From positions 16 to 64,015 of the forward strand of contig JAOAEI010000001.1 of assembly GCA_026416875.1 (NCBI GenBank): a stretch of DNA of 64,000 nt, written 5' to 3'. A model generated the notes under the pieces. That model searched no databases. It saw nothing but the letters and a program-made list of their open reading frames with translations, and had not been told where the DNA came from. The translations under genes were made by a program, and so were the position numbers. Within the stretch, counting starts at the first letter, position 1. Every line of letters begins with the position of its first letter. Shown piece after piece: positions 57,988 to 64,000 of this stretch. This DNA is from Caloramator sp. (lineage in GTDB: Bacteria; Bacillota; Clostridia; Clostridiales; Caloramatoraceae).

Positions 57988-59094
57988 ATGAAAAGGATTA
58001 TATCCATATTTTTACTTTTATCCATATTTTTGATAGCAGGTTGTCCTGATAAAAATGATAAATCCGATACAAATAAAACTGAAGTCAAAAGTGATAAACT
58101 TGACAAAAAAAGCGCAGAAGAATTTTTAAATAATTACATGTTCCACGCAATGCAAAGGGATTTAAATGCAATGCTATCCTATTACAGCCCAAAGCTTAGA
58201 GAAAACTACAAACCTCTTCCTAAGCAGGAGGAGCCAAGGCCAGTTGCTTATAAAATAGAAAAGGAAGGATTTGAGGAGGAAGAATTTACAGTTCATATAT
58301 TTAGTTCTTATGCTAAATTTCCTTACTTTTCTGAGGATGTTTTTAAGTATAAAGTTATTACTAAGGATAGTAAGCTAATGATAGATGAAATTAAAAAGGA
58401 AAAATCAACAGAGTATTTTGCAAAGGGAAGTATTCTTTATAAAAAAGAGGATGAAAAGTCAAAGGCTGAAGCCCTTGTTTCTATTGAGGATTTACCTAAT
58501 TTTACATCGGCTCAAAATATGTTAACTCCAGAGCAAAAGTTTAAAGTCCCTAAAAAAAGATTTGGACCTTGTGGATCATCACCTGAAGGGGACACAATTA
58601 TTATATCGAGCATTGATAAGGACTCATTTTTGGGGATGCTAAAACTTGAGGAAGAAACCTTTAAGGTTGCTCAGGGAGGACAACAGGATCAACAGGAGGG
58701 GCAAGCTGCACAGCAGCCACAACAGGGAGAAGAGCAGGAGGAGGGCAAAAGGGAGATAAAAATAAAGTCAATAGATTACTTTCTAGGTAAAGTAGTAAAT
58801 TTAATAGTTTTTTCACCAGATGGGAAAAAATTTTTAGTTGAGGTTGAGGATGAAAAGGGGAAAAGGGAAATCAAAGCATACAACAGCGAAGATGGTTCTA
58901 GTATTGATATGCCATTAAATTCTCAATTCAAAGGTGATGTTTTTAATATCAGGGATCCCTTTTTTATATCGGAAAAGGAATTTGTTTTTAGCGTTGATGT
59001 AAAGGCTAATGCAACTGATGAGGAGAAAAGGCTCAAGGGAGACTGGATTTTTGATATCGAAAATAAAAAATTCAGACAAATCAAACAATTTTAA
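57988..59094 (+). CDS. hypothetical lipoprotein with Gln-rich insertion
   Basis: Lipobox LIAGC; SPEG and FSPDG repeats; QGGQQDQQEGQAAQQPQQG tract. Confidence 0.7.
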   Translation: MKRIISIFLLLSIFLIAGCPDKNDKSDTNKTEVKSDKLDKKSAEEFLNNYMFHAMQRDLNAMLSYYSPKLRENYKPLPKQEEPRPVAYKIEKEGFEEEEFTVHIFSSYAKFPYFSEDVFKYKVITKDSKLMIDEIKKEKSTEYFAKGSILYKKEDEKSKAEALVSIEDLPNFTSAQNMLTPEQKFKVPKKRFGPCGSSPEGDTIIISSIDKDSFLGMLKLEEETFKVAQGGQQDQQEGQAAQQPQQGEEQEEGKREIKIKSIDYFLGKVVNLIVFSPDGKKFLVEVEDEKGKREIKAYNSEDGSSIDMPLNSQFKGDVFNIRDPFFISEKEFVFSVDVKANATDEEKRLKGDWIFDIENKKFRQIKQF

Positions 59095-59123
59095 TTGTAT
59101 ATTTAATAATTTCTAAGTATAAT
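59095..59123 (+). promoter_or_regulatory. SigA promoter
   Basis: TTGTAT-N17-TATAAT. Confidence 0.6.
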
Positions 59124-59152
59124 ATAAATAAGAAAAAAATTGGGGTGGGTTT

Positions 59153-59302
59153 ATGAACAGGGGGAAAGAAGTTAAAATCATTAATTTTAAATGGCTAAGA
59201 TTTAAAAAGAAATTAAAAAGCTTTTTTGGAATTTTTATGCCTAAAAAAAATTGTAATAAGGCTAAACAAAAGAATGCCCAAAGGATTCATAAGGTAATAT
59301 AA
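59153..59302 (+). CDS. small basic protein (49 aa, absent from ORF track)
   Basis: RBS GGGGTGGG and own promoter; MNRGKEVKIINFKWLRFKKKLKSFFGIFMPKKNCNKAKQKNAQRIHKVI. Confidence 0.55.
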   Translation: MNRGKEVKIINFKWLRFKKKLKSFFGIFMPKKNCNKAKQKNAQRIHKVI

Positions 59303-59404
59303 CTTTGTTTAAATTGCATATTTTATTCATATACCTTATATATTTAAGGGCCTTTTTTTGTGTGTTATGATGATATTAAAGTATCACATTTAAGGGGGAT
59401 CTTT

Positions 59405-60514
59405 ATGGCTAAAGTTGTATTAAAAAATGTTTATAAAGTTTATCCAGGCAATGTTACTGCTGTTAAGGATGTTAATTTAGAAATTGAAGATAAGGAATTC
59501 GTAGTTCTTGTTGGACCTTCAGGATGTGGAAAATCAACAACTTTAAGAATGATTGCAGGTCTTGAAGAAATCTCATCAGGTGAGCTTTATATTGGAGACA
59601 AGCTTATGAACGATGTTGCACCAAAGGATAGAGATATTGCAATGGTTTTCCAAAACTATGCTCTTTATCCACATATGACTGTTTATGAAAACATGGCCTT
59701 TGGATTAAAGCTAAGAAAAGTTCCAAAGGATGTAATTGATAAAAAGGTTAGGGAAGCTGCTAGAATACTTGATATTGAACATCTTTTAGATAGAAAACCA
59801 AAGGCTCTATCAGGTGGACAAAGACAAAGAGTTGCCCTTGGAAGGGCAATAGTTAGAGAGCCTAAGGTATTCTTAATGGATGAGCCTCTATCAAATCTTG
59901 ATGCAAAACTAAGGGTTCAAATGAGAACAGAAATTTCAAAGCTTCACAAGAGATTAAATACTACCTTTATATATGTTACACATGACCAGACAGAAGCTAT
60001 GACAATGGGAACAAAAATAGTTGTAATGAAGGATGGAGTAATCCAACAAATAGCTGCACCACAGGATATCTATGAACATCCTGCAAACCTATTTGTTGCT
60101 GGATTTATTGGAAGCCCACAGATGAATTTCATCGATGCAAAGATTGTTAAAGAAGGAGAAAACTTATTCGTTGTATTTGGTAATGTAAAACTTCCAATTC
60201 CAGAGGATAAGGCTAAGGTGATGGAACAAAAGGGCTATGTTGGTAAGGAAGTGATTTTTGGTATAAGACCTGAACATATAGATGATAGCACAGATTTCTT
60301 AACAGCTCATAAGGAAAGCATAATCGAAGCTAAGGTAGAGGTAATTGAGCATATGGGTGCTGAGACATATCTTTATGTGGTATGTGAAGGAAAGAATATA
60401 ACAGCAAGGGTTGAGCCAACAAGCAAAGCAAAGGTTGATGAAACAATAAAACTTGCTATTGATATGAATAAGATGCACGTATTTGATAAGGAAACAGAAC
60501 TTGCAATTTGCTAA
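59405..60514 (+). CDS. msmX: multiple-sugar ABC ATPase (MsmX/MalK)
   Basis: [26 protein letters not shown]-terminal TOBE region; ATG 59405 after AAGGGGG. Confidence 0.92.
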   Translation: MAKVVLKNVYKVYPGNVTAVKDVNLEIEDKEFVVLVGPSGCGKSTTLRMIAGLEEISSGELYIGDKLMNDVAPKDRDIAMVFQNYALYPHMTVYENMAFGLKLRKVPKDVIDKKVREAARILDIEHLLDRKPKALSGGQRQRVALGRAIVREPKVFLMDEPLSNLDAKLRVQMRTEISKLHKRLNTTFIYVTHDQTEAMTMGTKIVVMKDGVIQQIAAPQDIYEHPANLFVAGFIGSPQMNFIDAKIVKEGENLFVVFGNVKLPIPEDKAKVMEQKGYVGKEVIFGIRPEHIDDSTDFLTAHKESIIEAKVEVIEHMGAETYLYVVCEGKNITARVEPTSKAKVDETIKLAIDMNKMHVFDKETELAIC

Positions 60515-60525
60515 GGAGGATATTT

Positions 60526-61452
60526 ATGTCATTCTGCGATGATTTACAATTGGCCTTAGGATATGAAATTGGCTTATATGATAGGAATGGTGTTTTAAAA
60601 GAAGGAAAAGATATAGGATTTAAGGATGTTGATGATATAGAAATTGGTGACTTAACATTTATTAGGATAGCTGACAATATATTGTCAATTAAAGGTAAAT
60701 TATCGCAGGATGCCTGTAACCTTGTAAAGCTTTATTTTAATTCATATAGGAATAGAGGGGCTGCAGATATTCTGCAGCCCCTTGAATATATTTTAAAAAA
60801 CGATGTTTCGAAAGAAAAGTTGATTGGAAAATTTTTAGATAAAACAGCCATGTATTTAATGTGTTCTGCAAGTTTTTTTAATATAGTAGAAAGCATTTAC
60901 GAAGGTTACGAGGCAGAGATTGTAAAGGATGATGAGGGAATTTATATTGTCAAAGAAATTGAAAATTTTGAAGAGGAAGCAGAGTCCATACTTGAGGAAT
61001 TGAAACAGGAAGGTGCTAATAATGTCCTTGTAGGCTGCGGAAGGCAGGTAAAGGGTGATTATACAATAAAAAATTCAGCTGTCCATGCTAAAACAGCTTG
61101 CCTTCTTGCAAAAAATTTAGGATATAACGAAGGAACGTTCCATATTGATAAAATGATTCTTTATGGTATAATTTCTGAGAGTGATATATCTAAAATAGAT
61201 TTTTACCTTTATGGAGGATATGAGAATTTTTATGATGTATACAGGGATAAAGAGCTTATAAATACAGCAGAGGAGCTCTTTAGATGTCACCTTAATATAA
61301 GTGAAGCATCAAGAAGATTGTATCTGCATAGAAATACACTTCTTTATAGGATTGAAAAGATTAAGGCTATTACAGGACTTGATATTAAAAAATTTGAAGA
61401 GGCTGTTGTATTTAGAACCGTTATTTCTATTTTTAAATTAAAAAGAAAGTAG
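60526..61452 (+). CDS. PucR/CdaR family transcriptional regulator
   Basis: LNISEASRRLYLHRNTLLYRIEKI C-terminal HTH. Confidence 0.88.
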   Translation: MSFCDDLQLALGYEIGLYDRNGVLKEGKDIGFKDVDDIEIGDLTFIRIADNILSIKGKLSQDACNLVKLYFNSYRNRGAADILQPLEYILKNDVSKEKLIGKFLDKTAMYLMCSASFFNIVESIYEGYEAEIVKDDEGIYIVKEIENFEEEAESILEELKQEGANNVLVGCGRQVKGDYTIKNSAVHAKTACLLAKNLGYNEGTFHIDKMILYGIISESDISKIDFYLYGGYENFYDVYRDKELINTAEELFRCHLNISEASRRLYLHRNTLLYRIEKIKAITGLDIKKFEEAVVFRTVISIFKLKRK

Positions 61453-61461
61453 GGGAAGGTA

Positions 61462-62484
61462 ATGGTTACAATAAAAGATGTAGCAGAAAGAGCTGGAGTA
61501 TCCCCATCGACGGTATCAAGAGTGATATCTGATAGTCCAAGAATTAGTGAAAAAACAAAAGAAAAGGTTAGGCAGGCGATGAAGGAATTAGGGTATCATC
61601 CCAATGCTATTGCCAGGAGCCTTGTAAACAAAACTACTAAGACTATAGGGATAGTTATGCCTCGTTCTGCAGAACATGTATTTTTGAACCCCTTCTTCCC
61701 AGAAGCATTAAGAGGCATTGCAAAGTGTGCCCATGATGAAGAATACTGCCTGCTTTTAACTACAGGAAATACGGAAAAGGAGCAGATGGAATCTTTAAAT
61801 TCCATCGTTTTTGGCGGAAGAGTAGATGGTCTTATTTTGATGTATTCGAGGGTAAATGATGCGATTTTAAACAAAGTTATGGAGCTAAATCTTCCTTTTT
61901 CTATGATAGGAAGGCCCTATAATGATGAAAAAATAAACTATGTAGATAATGATAACGTTAAAGCTGCCTATGAAGCAACAAATTTTTTGATAAAGAAAGG
62001 TCACAGAAGAATTGGCCTAATAAATGGTTCTTTAAATCTTGTAGTTTCCCTTGATAGATTTGAGGGTTACAAAAAGGCATTAATTGAGAATAAAATAGAA
62101 CTTGATGAAACATTATTAACCTCTAGCGATTTCGTTCAGCAGGGTGGATATGACTGCATGAAAATAATTTTATCTAATCCTAATCCACCTACAGCAGTTC
62201 TTGTTACAGATGACTTAATGGCCTTTGGAGCTATAAGGGCTGCTAGGGAATTTGGCTACAAGGTTCCTCAAGATATATCGATATTGAGTTTTAACAATAT
62301 TCCCCTTGCAGAACATGCAACACCGCCATTGAGTTCTATAGATATTAACGCGTATAAGTTAGGATTTGAAGCAGCAAGACTTGTTATTGATGAGATATGC
62401 GGAAAAACTGACAAAAAACAAAAAGTAATAGTTGAAACCAAGTTGATTTCAAGAAAAACAGTTTTAAATTATAAAGTAAAATAA
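61462..62484 (+). CDS. LacI family regulator, MalR/YvdE-like
   Basis: TIKDVAERAGVSPSTVSRVI, FLNPFFPEALRGI, VDNDN. Confidence 0.9.
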   Translation: MVTIKDVAERAGVSPSTVSRVISDSPRISEKTKEKVRQAMKELGYHPNAIARSLVNKTTKTIGIVMPRSAEHVFLNPFFPEALRGIAKCAHDEEYCLLLTTGNTEKEQMESLNSIVFGGRVDGLILMYSRVNDAILNKVMELNLPFSMIGRPYNDEKINYVDNDNVKAAYEATNFLIKKGHRRIGLINGSLNLVVSLDRFEGYKKALIENKIELDETLLTSSDFVQQGGYDCMKIILSNPNPPTAVLVTDDLMAFGAIRAAREFGYKVPQDISILSFNNIPLAEHATPPLSSIDINAYKLGFEAARLVIDEICGKTDKKQKVIVETKLISRKTVLNYKVK

Positions 62485-62527
62485 CCCCCTTAAAAGGGGT
62501 TTTCTCTTATTATAAGGAGGTAATAAC

Positions 62528-63229
62528 GTGAATATTACTCTATTCCCTTCTGTAAATGATGTTGATAAGGAATTTTTAAAGGATAGAGATGTAATTGTAA
62601 TAGATGTTTTAAGAGCTACTTCGGTTATCACAACGGCTGTTTATAATGGAGCGACGGTTTTCCCAGTGTTAGAGGTGGAGGATGCATTAAAGTTTAAGGA
62701 GGAAGGATATCTCTTAGGAGGAGAAAGAAAGGGGTTAAAAATTGAAGGTTTTCATTTTGGAAATTCGCCCCTTGAATATAAAAGAGAATATGTTGATGGC
62801 AAAAATATAGTTTTTACAACCTCTAATGGAACTAAGGCAATATATAAGGCATTTAATGCTAAAAATATTTATATTGGATGTATGCTCAACGGGAGGTCGC
62901 TTGCCAAAAAAGTGTTTGAGGATAAAAGGGATATTGCAATAGTTTGTGCAGGAACTTATGGTAAGCTTTCTTTAGACGATTTTATATGTGCAGGAAAAAT
63001 AATATATGAATTATTAAGACTTGGAAATTACAATCTTGACGATATCTCAACTGCTGCCTATATTGCCTATAGGGATTATAAAGAAAAAACATTAGAATAT
63101 GTAAAACATGCAGGACATTATAATTATTTAATTTCTATAGGTGGTAAAGAGGATATTGAATATTGCTTTAGGGAAGATATATTGGATGTGGTTCCAGTTT
63201 TTAAGGATGGAAGGATAGTAAAAATATAA
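62528..63229 (+). CDS. comB: 2-phosphosulfolactate phosphatase family protein
   Basis: VIDVLRATS, GGER.G, GNSP.E, TSNGT, CAG...SLDD. Confidence 0.88.
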   Translation: MNITLFPSVNDVDKEFLKDRDVIVIDVLRATSVITTAVYNGATVFPVLEVEDALKFKEEGYLLGGERKGLKIEGFHFGNSPLEYKREYVDGKNIVFTTSNGTKAIYKAFNAKNIYIGCMLNGRSLAKKVFEDKRDIAIVCAGTYGKLSLDDFICAGKIIYELLRLGNYNLDDISTAAYIAYRDYKEKTLEYVKHAGHYNYLISIGGKEDIEYCFREDILDVVPVFKDGRIVKI

Positions 63230-63250
63230 GGCTGCACCTTGGTGCAGCCT
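63229..63250. terminator. bidirectional terminator-like hairpin
   Basis: AGGCTGCACC-TT-GGTGCAGCCT between convergent genes. Confidence 0.65.
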
Positions 63251-64000
63251 ATATTATTTGAAGTATGAGGAATTTTAAATAGAGGGTTTCACCGGAATTC
63301 CAGAGGATTGGATGGTCCTTTGATTGGGTTCTATATTCAACTTGTCTTATAGTTTTTTTGGCATCTATTGCTGCATCCATAATAACTTGATAAAAAAGCT
63401 CTGGAGTTAAATGATGTGAGCAGGAGGCTGTAACTAAAAATCCTCCAGGTTTTAAAAGCTTCATAGCCCTTAAGTTTATCTCTTTATAGCCCCTCATTGC
63501 GTTTTCTACGGTATCTCTACTCTTTGTAAAGGCAGGTGGATCAAGGATAACTACGTCGAATTTTCTGCCTTCCTTTGACCATGGATGGAGAACATCAAAG
63601 GCATTGTAGGTTTCGAATTTACATATATCTTGAAAGCCATTAAGCTCGGCATTTTTTCTTGCAAATTCAACTGCATGTTCAGAAATATCTATTCCAAGAA
63701 CGCTTTTTGCACCATATCTTGCAGCGTGCAGAGAAAATGAGCCGGTATGGCAAAAACAGTCTAAAACATCGGCATCCTTAACTATATCCTTAATTGCAGC
63801 TCTGTTTTCCTTTTGATCTAAGAAGTAACCTGTCTTTTGTCCGTTCTCTATGTCAACATAGAATTTGACACCGTTTTCTTCGGTGATTACTGTAGTATCG
63901 AAGGGTTCTGTTAAAAATCCTTTTTGTTGATTTAGCCCTTCAAGTTCTCTAACAGGAACATCATTTCTTTCATATATGCCCTTTGGATTGAATATTTCCT
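63249..64000 (-). CDS. rlmI: RlmI-like class I SAM-dependent rRNA methyltransferase (5' part lies outside the window)
   Basis: Frame open to the window edge: GQKTGYFLDQKENR, VLDCFCHTGSF, ILDPPAF, TASCS, YLK. Confidence 0.85.
   Translation of the reverse strand, partial: EIFNPKGIYERNDVPVRELEGLNQQKGFLTEPFDTTVITEENGVKFYVDIENGQKTGYFLDQKENRAAIKDIVKDADVLDCFCHTGSFSLHAARYGAKSVLGIDISEHAVEFARKNAELNGFQDICKFETYNAFDVLHPWSKEGRKFDVVILDPPAFTKSRDTVENAMRGYKEINLRAMKLLKPGGFLVTASCSHHLTPELFYQVIMDAAIDAKKTIRQVEYRTQSKDHPILWNSGETLYLKFLILQII

Noticed and set aside
1332-61874. Many short antisense or overlapping ORFs in the track (e.g. 8059-8544, 40849-41472, 42539-43189, 45182-45832)
   Set aside because: They lie opposite well-supported genes, have no RBS or recognisable motifs, and look like shadow frames
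62528-63229. Coenzyme M biosynthesis
   Set aside because: Stand-alone comB homologs are common in bacteria; no comA, comC, comD or comE here

Overview
This is a low-GC chromosomal window from an anaerobic, spore-forming Firmicute. Gene content suggests a thermophilic Clostridiaceae such as Caloramator, but that is an inference. It opens with the end of an rRNA operon (23S 3' end, 5S), followed by the conserved decarboxylase-tmk-darA-holB-yaaT-ferredoxin block. The rest is mainly housekeeping and transport genes: panG-panBCD, a guanine-riboswitch NCS2 permease, LexA-boxed dinB, a LeuT-like transporter, a Na/Pi symporter, a trehalose ABC plus GH65 phosphorylase operon, and msmX/malR. No mobile elements, CRISPR arrays or tRNAs were seen. 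The least explained part is about 9.9-24.4 kb, which holds three candidate systems. (i) A membrane protein fusing a degenerate GT2-like domain to a degenerate DegS-type kinase fold sits before four tandem YheC/D ATP-grasp genes with a consensus SigK promoter. (ii) A GAP1-like conflict-system scaffold is coupled to an FtsA-like ATPase with beta-grasp repeats. (iii) A nucleosidase is paired with an SPL-like radical SAM enzyme lacking the SPL H-donor cysteine. Two small ORFs missed by the track and several cis-elements were read directly from the DNA. All family assignments are by eye from motifs; no database searches were run.
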